In this document: positions 40,913 to 49,875 of the stretch, piece by piece
How the letters are laid out: each line of letters begins with the position of its first letter
Numbering within the stretch: the first letter of the stretch is position 1
Assembly: GCA_963555755.3 (NCBI GenBank)
Contig: OY820905.2
Location: 4,480,001-4,544,000 of the forward strand
Origin: Nitrospirales bacterium
GTDB lineage: Bacteria; Nitrospirota; Nitrospiria; Nitrospirales; UBA8639
Direction of reading: 5' to 3'
Length of the DNA: 64,000 nucleotides
Notes under the pieces: model-generated
The model's input: only the letters and a program-made list of their open reading frames with translations
Told to the model about the DNA's origin: nothing
Database searches by the model: none
Program-made: the position numbers and the translations under genes

Positions 40913-41532
40913 ATGCGCTCGAGATCGCAGGGAAGGTGATCACGGCGGATGCGCTCCTCACCCAGAAAGAGATTGCCGAGTACCTGGTGCACGAACGCGG
41001 CGCCGACTTCGTCTTCACCGTCAAGGGAAACCAGCCCACCTTGAAGCACGACATTGAGGCCTTAGCGTTGCGAGCACGCCGGTGCGATTATGCCACCACC
41101 GAGAAAGGCCATGGGCAGATCACGACCCGCAGGATCTGGTGCGATGACTCCCTGAATGCCTATGTCAACTTTCCTCATGTCCAGCAAGTCTTCTGCATTG
41201 AGAGGGAAGTGACGCATCTCAAGCAGGGCCTCACGACCGTCGAAGCGGTCTGCGGTGTCACGAGTCAGTCCAAAGACAAGGCGGGGCCGAAGACCATCCT
41301 CTCGCAAAACCGAAAGCATTGGAGTGTGGAGAATAAGCAGCATTATGTGTTGGACGTCACCTTTGATGAAGACAGGAGTCAGATACGAAGTCTCAATGGC
41401 CCAATGGTCATGACCTGTCTGAGACGCTATGCCATCAGTCTCTTACGCCTGAAAGGCTACACCAATATCGCGCAGGCGTGTAGACTGCTCTGGGGCAAGC
41501 CCCATTTAGCCATCCGCATGGCCCTGCCCTGA
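40897..41532 (+). CDS. IS OrfB: C-terminal DDE part of the ISAs1 transposase, joined by -1 frameshift
   Basis: -1 frame reads KKVHSKTNEIPCVRPLLDAL; ITADALLTQ, VKGNQPTL, EKGHG, HWSVEN, DVTFDED; slippery A_AAA_AAG at 40861-40867. Confidence 0.9.
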   Translation: MRPLLDALEIAGKVITADALLTQKEIAEYLVHERGADFVFTVKGNQPTLKHDIEALALRARRCDYATTEKGHGQITTRRIWCDDSLNAYVNFPHVQQVFCIEREVTHLKQGLTTVEAVCGVTSQSKDKAGPKTILSQNRKHWSVENKQHYVLDVTFDEDRSQIRSLNGPMVMTCLRRYAISLLRLKGYTNIAQACRLLWGKPHLAIRMALP

Positions 41533-41612
41533 AAAAGAGCGCACAAAAAACCTCATGGAATCCCTTGCTTATAAAAAGAATGAAATGGCCCTGAGCATTG
41601 CAATGACAATAC

Positions 41613-41641
41613 TTTACAAGGACAGGGTGGCACATTATAAT
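41613..41641 (+). promoter_or_regulatory. Sigma-70 promoter candidate for the bamA-lpx operon
   Basis: TTTACA-N17-TATAAT. Confidence 0.55.
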
Positions 41642-41681
41642 GCCTGTGCCCACCAGGGTCTTCGGATGGTCCGGGGTCTGA

Positions 41682-41860
41682 GGACCTGAGAGAAAATAAC
41701 TTGGCCATCTCGCATCCAAGGTTCGGGCCATCTTTGAACGGGTCTCAATCGAAACACCCTCACCATAGCTGTGCTATGCCTCGGGTGTTTCTCAATCGTT
41801 CCGTCCAAATCCGCCCCAAATCTTGGCGCAATATTGTCCAAGTTATTTTCTCTCAGGTCC
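41682..41860. mobile_element. MITE family B
   Basis: TIR GGACCTGAGAGAAAATAACTTGG; TGA duplicated on both sides. Confidence 0.9.
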
Positions 41861-41910
41861 TGAGCGGCCATTTCGGGGTTTCTGTTTATAATGGTAAAAA
41901 ATTTCTGATC

Positions 41911-42033
41911 CGGGGCTGTTGAAAAAGGCTGTCCAGCAAGGCCGCAGGGGATTTGGCGCCCGCAGCGTACATGGAGTACGTGAGGACGACAAAGCCCCGA
42001 GAACGCCGCTGGCGGACTTTTTCGACAGCCCCG
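41911..42033. mobile_element. MITE family A variant
   Basis: TIR CGGGGCTGTTGAAAAAG / CTTTTTCGACAGCCCCG; same internal motifs as the 29568 copy. Confidence 0.85.
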
Positions 42034-42123
42034 ATTTTCGAACTTTCAGATCACAAGTGGTTTGGTCTACTGGCTCCTTCCTTGTGTAGTTGCCTTCCAA
42101 GCCGTAAACCGACAGGCTGTTGA

Positions 42124-44451
42124 ATGGATGGACTGAAAAGGCTCGGGCCCCTGGATGAGGGGCCTGACGCCATACGTGTTGACATGTTTCGCTGGGTCAC
42201 CGCATTTCTCTGTGTTGTTGTCGGTGGTTGGGGTGTGGCTGCCGAGATGGTCTTTGGGCAAACGTTAGGATTGAAGATCCAGTCCATTGGTATTGAGGGG
42301 AATCAACGAATCGAAGATTCTGCCATTCTTGGCAGGTTGACCGTGCAGCCAGGGGATCTCATTACTTCGATCATTGCTCGTCAGCAAATACAGCGCATTT
42401 ACGATATGGGGTTTTTTGATGACGTGCAAGTACGGACAGAGTCTATTGCCAATGGTGTCCTGGTGATTTTTCTTGTGAAGGAAAAACCGTTTACCGTCGA
42501 CATTGTGTTTGATGGTAATGAAGAACTGTCTGACGATAAGTTGAAGGAAGTGGTGACATTGCAAAGTCAGGTGTTTTTGGATAAGAAGGAAGTAAAAGCC
42601 AGTGCTGAGAAAATTCGTGAAGAGTATCAAATAGAAGGGTATCATCATGCCAAAGTGATTCCCATTGTGCAGGCGCTTGATGATACCCGGAACCGGATTA
42701 CCTTTTTTATTCAGGAAGGCACACGCGCCAGGATTCGCACCATTATTTTCGCAGGCATGACCGTGGTGAGCAAGAGTGATTTATTAGGGGTCACGGCGAA
42801 TCGGGAATGGGTGCCGCTGCTCTCGCTGTTGACGGATGCCGGCATTCTTCGTCGGGAAGAATTGTCCAACGACGTGGAACGGATCAAAGAATTCTATTCG
42901 AACAAAGGGTACCTCGATGTCCAGGTTGGCATTCCCCGCATCGACCTGAGTGAGGACAAAGAGTCGTTTATTGTCACATTTCGGATCATCGAGGGCCAAC
43001 CGTATACTATTGGTTCCGTGACGTTCACGGGCAATACGATCTTCGAGACGGAAGAGTTAGAACTCGGATCCTTCCTCCGTTCGACTGATGTGTTTCAACG
43101 GTCATTGATCCGTCAGGAAGTGACACGGATAACGGATAAATATGGGGTAAAGGGGTATTCTTTTGCGGAGGTGACCCCCTCATTGGTTCCGAATCCTCAA
43201 ACCTTGACGACGCAGATTACTTTTACCATTACGGAAGGTCATCTGATTCGTGTTCGCGAGATTCACATATCCGGAAATGATAAAACCCGAGACAATGTCA
43301 TTCGTCGTGAGATCCGAGTTGATGAACAGGAGGCCATTAACTCGGTCGCGATCAAGCGGAGTTTTCAGCGGCTCAATAATCTAAATTTTTTTGAAACCGT
43401 GGAAATTCTTCCCACCCAGGTTGAAGAGGATAAAGTCGATCTGGAAGTGAAGGTGAAGGAAAAACCAACAGGATCGTTTAGTATCGGTGGTGGGTTTAGT
43501 ACGTTGGACCAATTTACCGCGATTGCCAATATTTCTGAGGGCAATTTGTTCGGAAAGGGATATTTAGTGCGGATCCGTGGACAGCTCGGCCTTCGGCGGA
43601 CGTTAGGGGTCCTCACCTTTCGGAATCCCGCTTTATATGACGGTCCCACCTCATTTCAAGTCGACGGCTTCAGTACCAATACGAATTTTCTTACGTATGA
43701 GGAAGAGCGGATTGGGGGGACCATGCAATTTGGCCAAGCTTTTTCGGAATTTATTGCGGGCAGCTTTACGCTGGTGGCCGAAGCCATTACAATTAAAAAC
43801 CCGTCGTCTGATGCTCCGACTTTTATCCTCAGTCAGGTGGGCGACCAATCGACGACTGGGTTTCGCGCCAGCTTGTTTCGTGATACAAGGGATAATTTTC
43901 AAAGCCCACGGAGTGGGTCACGTACTGGAATTCGATTGGGTTTTGGGTCCGAGGCCTTTGGTGGGTCGAATAATTTCTACCGCGTGAGTCTTGATGGGCT
44001 CAAATATGTGCCGTTCCCAATTTGGGACATGCGGATGTCCTTTCGTGGTCGGTTTGGGCTTGTCGAAGGCTACGGAGGGGATCCGGTACCTTTGACCGAA
44101 CTCTATTTCGTCGGAGGTATCAACTCCGTTCGTGGTTTTAAATTCGGTCGTGCGGGTCCTGTCACCTCTGGTGGTACCTTAGAGGGTGGGAATAAGCAGG
44201 TCATTCTCAATGTGAATGTGATTTTCCCTATAATAGAGGGGGCGAAACTCGACGGCGTGGTCTTTTTTGATTATGGAAAAGGGTTTGCTGAAGTGGAGGA
44301 CCTTTCGTTGGATCTCAGGCCCGCGACCGGTCTTGAAGTTCGGTGGGTTTCTCCATTCGGCCCCCTGCGAGCTGCGTGGGGAATTAATTTAGATGCCAAA
44401 CCAAATGAACAGGAAACCGTGTTCGAATTTTCGGTTGGAAATGTCTTTTAG
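42124..44451 (+). CDS. bamA: Outer membrane protein assembly factor BamA (start may be ATG 42184)
   Basis: POTRA repeats (GNQRI, GNDKTRDNVIRRE), GGINSVRGF, SPFGP, terminal FSVGNVF. Confidence 0.96.
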   Translation: MDGLKRLGPLDEGPDAIRVDMFRWVTAFLCVVVGGWGVAAEMVFGQTLGLKIQSIGIEGNQRIEDSAILGRLTVQPGDLITSIIARQQIQRIYDMGFFDDVQVRTESIANGVLVIFLVKEKPFTVDIVFDGNEELSDDKLKEVVTLQSQVFLDKKEVKASAEKIREEYQIEGYHHAKVIPIVQALDDTRNRITFFIQEGTRARIRTIIFAGMTVVSKSDLLGVTANREWVPLLSLLTDAGILRREELSNDVERIKEFYSNKGYLDVQVGIPRIDLSEDKESFIVTFRIIEGQPYTIGSVTFTGNTIFETEELELGSFLRSTDVFQRSLIRQEVTRITDKYGVKGYSFAEVTPSLVPNPQTLTTQITFTITEGHLIRVREIHISGNDKTRDNVIRREIRVDEQEAINSVAIKRSFQRLNNLNFFETVEILPTQVEEDKVDLEVKVKEKPTGSFSIGGGFSTLDQFTAIANISEGNLFGKGYLVRIRGQLGLRRTLGVLTFRNPALYDGPTSFQVDGFSTNTNFLTYEEERIGGTMQFGQAFSEFIAGSFTLVAEAITIKNPSSDAPTFILSQVGDQSTTGFRASLFRDTRDNFQSPRSGSRTGIRLGFGSEAFGGSNNFYRVSLDGLKYVPFPIWDMRMSFRGRFGLVEGYGGDPVPLTELYFVGGINSVRGFKFGRAGPVTSGGTLEGGNKQVILNVNVIFPIIEGAKLDGVVFFDYGKGFAEVEDLSLDLRPATGLEVRWVSPFGPLRAAWGINLDAKPNEQETVFEFSVGNVF

Positions 44452-44462
44452 AGGATACAGCT

Positions 44463-45053
44463 ATGCAGGGTTTTAGTTGGATTTCACAGGATCCGAGAAC
44501 ACTTGTCCACCTCGGTGCCGGGTGGTTGGTATCGGGGATTCTGTTGCTTGGCAGCGGTTGCATGTCGTCTTCCCCCGTCACTGAAAAAAAATCTGTCTCA
44601 CCGATCGCCATTGGTGTGGTGGATACGCAGTGGTTGCTCAAAGAGTCCAAATTGGGGCAGCGTGTGACGGAGACGCTCAATGTGTTCATGAAAGATCGTC
44701 AAACATTAATTGAGCTGGAGCAGAAAGAACTCCGAAACCTGGAAAGCCAATTGTTGCGGCAAGGGAGTGTCTTAAGCCAGTCGGCTCAGCAACAACGCGA
44801 AGAACAATTTCGGCGACGGATGGGGGAGTATCAGCAAAAAGTGGCGAATATGAACCAGGAAGTTCAGGCCAAACAGGGGCAATTGTTTTTGGAATTTCGA
44901 GAAAGCGTTGATGCGATTATTGAAAATTTTGCCCAGCGCCGTGGCCTGGCCCTTGTGATGGAAAAAGGCGCGAATACGCCGACTCGCTATTATCAGCCCA
45001 GTTTAGATATTTCCAAGGAAGTGCTCGCTGAATTGAATCAACGTTACCCCTAA
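44463..45053 (+). CDS. skp: OmpH/Skp periplasmic chaperone
   Basis: IGVVDTQ, long coiled coil, LDISKEVL; follows bamA. Confidence 0.85.
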   Translation: MQGFSWISQDPRTLVHLGAGWLVSGILLLGSGCMSSSPVTEKKSVSPIAIGVVDTQWLLKESKLGQRVTETLNVFMKDRQTLIELEQKELRNLESQLLRQGSVLSQSAQQQREEQFRRRMGEYQQKVANMNQEVQAKQGQLFLEFRESVDAIIENFAQRRGLALVMEKGANTPTRYYQPSLDISKEVLAELNQRYP

Positions 45054-45233
45054 GGACCTGAGAGAAAGTAACTTGGACAATATTGCGCCAAGATTTGGGT
45101 CGGATTTGGACGGAACGATTGAGAAAACCCCGAGGCATAGCACAGCTATGTTGAGGGTTTTTCGATTGAGGCCCGTTCAAAGATGGCCCGAAGATTGGAT
45201 GCGAGATTGACCAAGTTATTTTCTCTCAGGTCC
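45054..45233. mobile_element. MITE family B, inverted
   Basis: TIR GGACCTGAGAGAAA; TAA duplicated, the left copy being the skp stop codon. Confidence 0.9.
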
Positions 45234-45305
45234 TAAGGGGCAGGGTTCTTTTGGAACGTGACGCGTGAGACGTGAAGCGGAAGAGTTTGGTGGAGGAGCC
45301 TTTTT

Positions 45306-45773
45306 ATGGGTGAGACCCCGATCGAGAACATTGATATTCAAGCTATTCTCCCTCACCGGTATCCGTTTTTATTAGTGGATCGGGTGACGGAATTACACAC
45401 TGATCAGATGGCTGTTGGGGTGAAAAACGTCACGATCAATGAACCGTTTTTTCAGGGACACTTTCCTGGCCATCCTATTTTTCCAGGGGTTCTCATTCTT
45501 GAGGCTTTAGCGCAGCTTGGTGGAATCCTGGCTATACTCTCAACTCCAGGAAATACTCCGCCGGTTGTATTTTTAACGGGTATTGATAAAGCAAAGTTTC
45601 GTAAGCCCGTGGTTCCTGGTGATCAATTGCGTCTCCAGGTCACGGTGATTAAAAGACGTCCTCCCTTTTGGAAAATGCAGGGCAAAGCCTTTGTTGGCAA
45701 TGACTTAGTGTGCGAAGCTGAATCGACGGCGATGGTCACGACGACCACTGAGTCGGAGTCGGTGCGCGAGTAG
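45306..45773 (+). CDS. fabZ: 3-hydroxyacyl-ACP dehydratase
   Basis: LPHRYPFLLVDRV, NEPFFQGHFP, PGVLILEALAQ. Confidence 0.97.
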   Translation: MGETPIENIDIQAILPHRYPFLLVDRVTELHTDQMAVGVKNVTINEPFFQGHFPGHPIFPGVLILEALAQLGGILAILSTPGNTPPVVFLTGIDKAKFRKPVVPGDQLRLQVTVIKRRPPFWKMQGKAFVGNDLVCEAESTAMVTTTTESESVRE

Positions 45774-45788
45774 GATGAGAAGCTGAGT

Positions 45789-46598
45789 ATGTCTATCCAT
45801 TCCACAGCCATTGTGCATCCCAAGGCGGAACTCGATGAAGATGTTACAATTGGGCCGTATTGCATAGTCGGAGAGCATGTGCACATTGGGCGTGGAACCG
45901 AGTTGCTCTCCCATGTCTGCGTGGAAGGATGGACCGAAATCGGTCAACGATGCAAGATCTTTCCATACGTGTCCATCGGCACCCCTCCCCAACACCTTCA
46001 GTATCATGATGAGCCCACCAAAGTCATCATTGGGGACCAAAATATTTTGCGGGAATATGTCACCGTGAATCGAGGGACGGCGTTTGGCGGGGGCATTACC
46101 TCATTGGGGAAACATAATTTTTTGATGGCCTACGTGCATATCGCGCATGATTGTCACTTGGGAGATTCGGTCGTAATGGCCAATGCAGCGACGTTGGCCG
46201 GGCATATCACCATCGGGAGTTATTCCGTGATCGGTGGGTTGGTTGGGGTCCATCAGTATGTCCGTATTGGCGATTATGCCATGATTGGCGGATGCTCGGC
46301 TGTGGCTCGTGATGTGCCGCCGTATATGCGGGCAGTCGGGAACCGCGCCAAACTCTATGGGCTCAATTCCATTGGCCTTCGCCGTGGTGGGTTTTCCAAT
46401 GCGCGTATCCGTATTCTCAAACAGGCCTATCAGCTTTTATTTCGGAAGGGCCAACGTTTGGCCGAGGCCACGAAACTCGCCAGACATCAATTTCAAGATA
46501 GCCAGGATGTCTTGATGATGTTGACCTTTTTGGAAGCCTCAACGCGAGGCGCTTGCCGACCTGCACGAAAAGGCCAGGACGATCAAGAGGAATTCTAA
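45789..46598 (+). CDS. lpxA: UDP-N-acetylglucosamine acyltransferase
   Basis: Hexapeptide repeats, REYVTVNRGT, MAYVHIAHDC, VHQYVRIG. Confidence 0.97.
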   Translation: MSIHSTAIVHPKAELDEDVTIGPYCIVGEHVHIGRGTELLSHVCVEGWTEIGQRCKIFPYVSIGTPPQHLQYHDEPTKVIIGDQNILREYVTVNRGTAFGGGITSLGKHNFLMAYVHIAHDCHLGDSVVMANAATLAGHITIGSYSVIGGLVGVHQYVRIGDYAMIGGCSAVARDVPPYMRAVGNRAKLYGLNSIGLRRGGFSNARIRILKQAYQLLFRKGQRLAEATKLARHQFQDSQDVLMMLTFLEASTRGACRPARKGQDDQEEF

Positions 46599-47465
46599 TT
46601 GATCTCAGACTCCCTTTCTTCGAATGATCCTTCCTCCCCTGTGGAACCGGTGTCACCAGGTGAATCGATTGGGTTGATTGCCGGGAACGGTCGGTTTCCG
46701 ATTATCTTTGCGGAAAATGCCAAAAAACTAGGGTATGCCGTGTCGGCGGTCGCGCATGTGGGTGAGACCGATCCGGCGCTTGAACAGGCGGTGGATCGCA
46801 TTCATTGGATCCGAATTGGCCAGTTGAATAAAATGATTCGAGCCCTCAAAGATGATGGGGTCCGTCAGGCTGTCATGTTGGGGGGGATCAAAAAAACGCA
46901 TCTGTTTTCAGATGTTCGTCCTGACCTCCGCGCCATTGCCTTGTTTTCCCGTCTCAAGGTCTGGAAGGACGATGGGATTTTGCGAGCCATTGCCAAGGAA
47001 ATTGAAAGCGAAGGGATCACAATCCGGGAATCGACGTTTGGCCTACGCGATATTTTAGTGCCGGTCGGGGAACTATCAAAACGGCGGCCCACGAAAAAAG
47101 AACTCGAAGATATTCACTTTGGGTGGGCCATTGCGAAGGAAATCTGCCAGATTGATATTGGGCAATGTGTGGTTGTGAAGGATAAGGTCATCGTCGCGGT
47201 GGAAGCGGTGGAAGGCACAGATGAAGCCATTCGTCGTGGTGGGGCCTTGGCTCGAAAGGGGGCCGTGGTAGTGAAACGTTCGAAACCTCAGCAAGACCTT
47301 CGGTTTGACCTACCGGCAGTTGGTCCTCGGACCATCGAGGTGATGCGGGAGGTCAAGGCATCGGTTTTGGCTTTAGAGGCGGACAAAACGATTTTTCTCG
47401 ATCGAGAAGACATGCTGGAACAAGCCAATCGTGCTGGTATCGCTATTGTCGGATTAAAAGCGTGA
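46599..47465 (+). CDS. lpxI: UDP-2,3-diacylglucosamine diphosphatase LpxI
   Basis: IGLIAGNGRFP, DIGQCVVV, AVEAVEGTD, KPQQDLRFDLP. Confidence 0.93.
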   Translation: MISDSLSSNDPSSPVEPVSPGESIGLIAGNGRFPIIFAENAKKLGYAVSAVAHVGETDPALEQAVDRIHWIRIGQLNKMIRALKDDGVRQAVMLGGIKKTHLFSDVRPDLRAIALFSRLKVWKDDGILRAIAKEIESEGITIRESTFGLRDILVPVGELSKRRPTKKELEDIHFGWAIAKEICQIDIGQCVVVKDKVIVAVEAVEGTDEAIRRGGALARKGAVVVKRSKPQQDLRFDLPAVGPRTIEVMREVKASVLALEADKTIFLDREDMLEQANRAGIAIVGLKA

Positions 47466-47540
47466 TACGTAATGCGTGATGCGTAACGCGTAGGAAATTT
47501 TCCTTTTCACGCATTACGCTTCACGGATCACGCATTACGA
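47460..47540. repeat. Inverted heptamer array starting at the lpxI stop
   Basis: CGTGATA/CGTAATG/CGTGATG/CGTAACG/CGTAG...TCACGCA/TTACGCT/TCACGGA/TCACGCA/TTACG. Confidence 0.8.
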
Positions 47541-47558
47541 TATTTGGGGTTCTCACAC

Positions 47559-48533
47559 ATGGATCGTCTCAAAGTCGGCGTCATTGGGGTGGGGCACTTA
47601 GGCCAACACCATGTTCGACTGTATTCTCAGTTTTCGGATACCCAGCTCGTGGGTATCGTGGATCTTGATCGTGATCGTGCAGAGGCGATTGGACAACGGC
47701 ATGGTGTCCCGGTGTTTTCTCATGTCAAAGAGTTGTTAGGCGTTGTCGATGCGGTGAGCGTGGCTGTGCCGACTTCTCATCATCGAGAAGTCGTGCAGAC
47801 CTGTTTGGAGGCCGGGGTGCATGTCCTGGTGGAAAAGCCTCTGGCGTCCACTGTTGCCGAGGCCAGGGCCATGGTCGAATTCGCGAACCAACGCGGCTTG
47901 TGGTTACAGGTCGGGCATGTGGAACGGTTCAATCCGATTATGGATGGCATTCGAAAGGTCATTCACACCCCTGGATTCATCGAATGTCATCGTCTCGCTC
48001 CGTATCAACCGCGTGGGACGGATGTGGATGTGGTGTTGGATCTCATGATCCACGACTTGGATCTGATTTTGTCTTTCAACTTGGGCGAGCCAGAAAAAGT
48101 TGAAGCGGCGGGGGTGACGGTGCTGTCCTCACAAATTGATTTTGCGAATGCCCGTGTTGAATTTTCTGGTGGGTGTATCGTCAGCTTTACCGCCAGCCGA
48201 ATGTCCACGGGCCGCCTGCGGAAAATGCGTTTATTTCAATCTGATCTGTATCTGTCCGTGGATTTTCAATCACGGCAAGGCTTTGGGTATAGACGGACTG
48301 TTCTTTCAGGCGGAGAGTCCTCCGTGGCAGAAGAGTCGATTCAGGGCAATGATGAAGAGCCCCTCAAGCGAGAGTTGCACGCATTTGTGCAATCTGTCCA
48401 GTCGGGTGTGGCACTCGGAGTGTCGGGGGAAGAGGGGCTTCGTGCATTGGAACTGGCCCATGCCATCAACGAATCGATCCTTAAGGCTGGTTTGCGTGAA
48501 CCGTTCACACAGAGAGCAGGTTCTTCTTTTTGA
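47559..48533 (+). CDS. Gfo/Idh/MocA oxidoreductase, GnnA-like (UDP-GlcNAc 3-dehydrogenase)
   Basis: GVIGVGHLG, HVLVEKP, QVGHVERFNP, DVVLDLMIHD; located between lpxI and lpxB. Confidence 0.8.
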   Translation: MDRLKVGVIGVGHLGQHHVRLYSQFSDTQLVGIVDLDRDRAEAIGQRHGVPVFSHVKELLGVVDAVSVAVPTSHHREVVQTCLEAGVHVLVEKPLASTVAEARAMVEFANQRGLWLQVGHVERFNPIMDGIRKVIHTPGFIECHRLAPYQPRGTDVDVVLDLMIHDLDLILSFNLGEPEKVEAAGVTVLSSQIDFANARVEFSGGCIVSFTASRMSTGRLRKMRLFQSDLYLSVDFQSRQGFGYRRTVLSGGESSVAEESIQGNDEEPLKRELHAFVQSVQSGVALGVSGEEGLRALELAHAINESILKAGLREPFTQRAGSSF

Positions 48534-48593
48534 AGAACGGGTAAAAAAGCATGCTCTCGCGAAGGGAAGGGTGCCAGCGGGGTTTTCCTGGAA

Positions 48594-48720
48594 CGTAACA
48601 CGTGAAGCGTGGAAGAAACATCGGGGTACGTGTCCCCAATACTTCACGCATGACGCTTCACATCCCACGAATCTTGGCTTTCCTTCGGCAACACTTAGGA
48701 CAGGTTTTGAACAGTCCCTT
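48594..48720. repeat. Inverted heptamer array plus REP/MITE remnant
   Basis: CGTAACA/CGTGAAG/CGTGG...TTCACGC/ATGACGC/TTCACAT; then CCTTCGGCAACACTTAGGACAGG and TTTTGAACAGTCCC. Confidence 0.6.
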
Positions 48721-48738
48721 TGATTGTCTATTGTTACT

Positions 48739-49875
48739 ATGGCTGCCCTCACTATTCTGATTGTCGCAGGAGAGGCCTCAGGAGATCTGCACGGTGCAAA
48801 CTTGGCGAAGGCATTAAAGATCCGTGAGCCCAATGTGAAGTTGCTTGGAGTTGGCGGCCAGCACATGCGTTCCACTGGGGTTGAGCTGTTAGGCGGCATA
48901 CAACGACTGGACGCCGTGGGAGTTCCAGGGCCAGTGACGATTGGCAAGGGGATAGCGAATATTTTGAGGATGAAGCGATTTTTCAAGGAACAGGCCTTGG
49001 ATGGCGTGGTCTTCATCGATAACCCGTCCATGAATCTTCGGTTGGCCCGAATTGCGGCAAAACTTGGGCACCGGGTAATCTATTATATCGCCCCACAAAT
49101 TTGGGCATGGGGCCAGCATCGGATCCATTTAATTAAACGTGTCGTTCGCCGCATGATCGTGATTTTGCCCTTCGAAGAAGCCATCTATCGTGACGCCGGC
49201 GTGCCCTGTGATTTCGTCGGGCATCCGTTACTCGATACGTTGGCACCTCAGTATGACCGGCGAATGGTGCGGAAGCAGCTGGGGTTGCCTGAAGAGGGTT
49301 TGATCATCGGGGTCTTGCCGGGCAGCCGCATATCAGAGGTCCAATCGCTGTTACCCGAAATGATTCAGGCGGTGAAGCAGCTGAGAGATTTTGCCCCCGA
49401 TGTGCAATGTGTCATTGGTCAGGCCCAGTCCATTTCCGGTGAATACCTCGAAGGGCTGTTCGATCGTGAGGGATTGCCCGTGACCATGATCGCTGATCAG
49501 ACGAATGAGGTCATGGCGGCTTCTGACTTGCTGCTCGTGGCGTCGGGAACGGTCACGCTTCAGGCCGCGCTGGTGGGGACGCCCATGATTATTACGTATC
49601 GGTTATCGTGGTTGACTTACCAGATTGCCACACGCATTGCCTTGGTGAACCATCTCGGGTTGGTTAATGTGGTGGCTGGACGTGGTATTGTGCCGGAATT
49701 GCTCCAAGCGGAGGCAACTGCCGAACGATTATATGAAGAGGCCCTGAGTCTGTTAACGGATCGTGGCCGGTATCATCAGATGCAAGAAGCGTTTCAATGT
49801 ATTCGTGAACAAATGGGTACGCCCGGGGCGTCAGACCGGGCGGCTCAAGTGGTATTAGCCGAATGTCGAGCGTAA
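48739..49875 (+). CDS. lpxB: Lipid A disaccharide synthase
   Basis: AGEASGDLHG, YYIAPQIWAW, ILPFE, FVGHPL, LPGSR, ASGTVTL. Confidence 0.96.
   Translation: MAALTILIVAGEASGDLHGANLAKALKIREPNVKLLGVGGQHMRSTGVELLGGIQRLDAVGVPGPVTIGKGIANILRMKRFFKEQALDGVVFIDNPSMNLRLARIAAKLGHRVIYYIAPQIWAWGQHRIHLIKRVVRRMIVILPFEEAIYRDAGVPCDFVGHPLLDTLAPQYDRRMVRKQLGLPEEGLIIGVLPGSRISEVQSLLPEMIQAVKQLRDFAPDVQCVIGQAQSISGEYLEGLFDREGLPVTMIADQTNEVMAASDLLLVASGTVTLQAALVGTPMIITYRLSWLTYQIATRIALVNHLGLVNVVAGRGIVPELLQAEATAERLYEEALSLLTDRGRYHQMQEAFQCIREQMGTPGASDRAAQVVLAECRA

Larger units (their letters stand above)
39690..41593 (+). mobile_element. Complete ISAs1-family insertion sequence (1904 bp)
   Basis: TIR CAGGGCTATTTCAT / ATGAAATGGCCCTG; 10-bp TSD AGCATTGCAA at 39680-39689 and 41594-41603; visibly more GC-rich than flanks. 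Confidence 0.95.
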
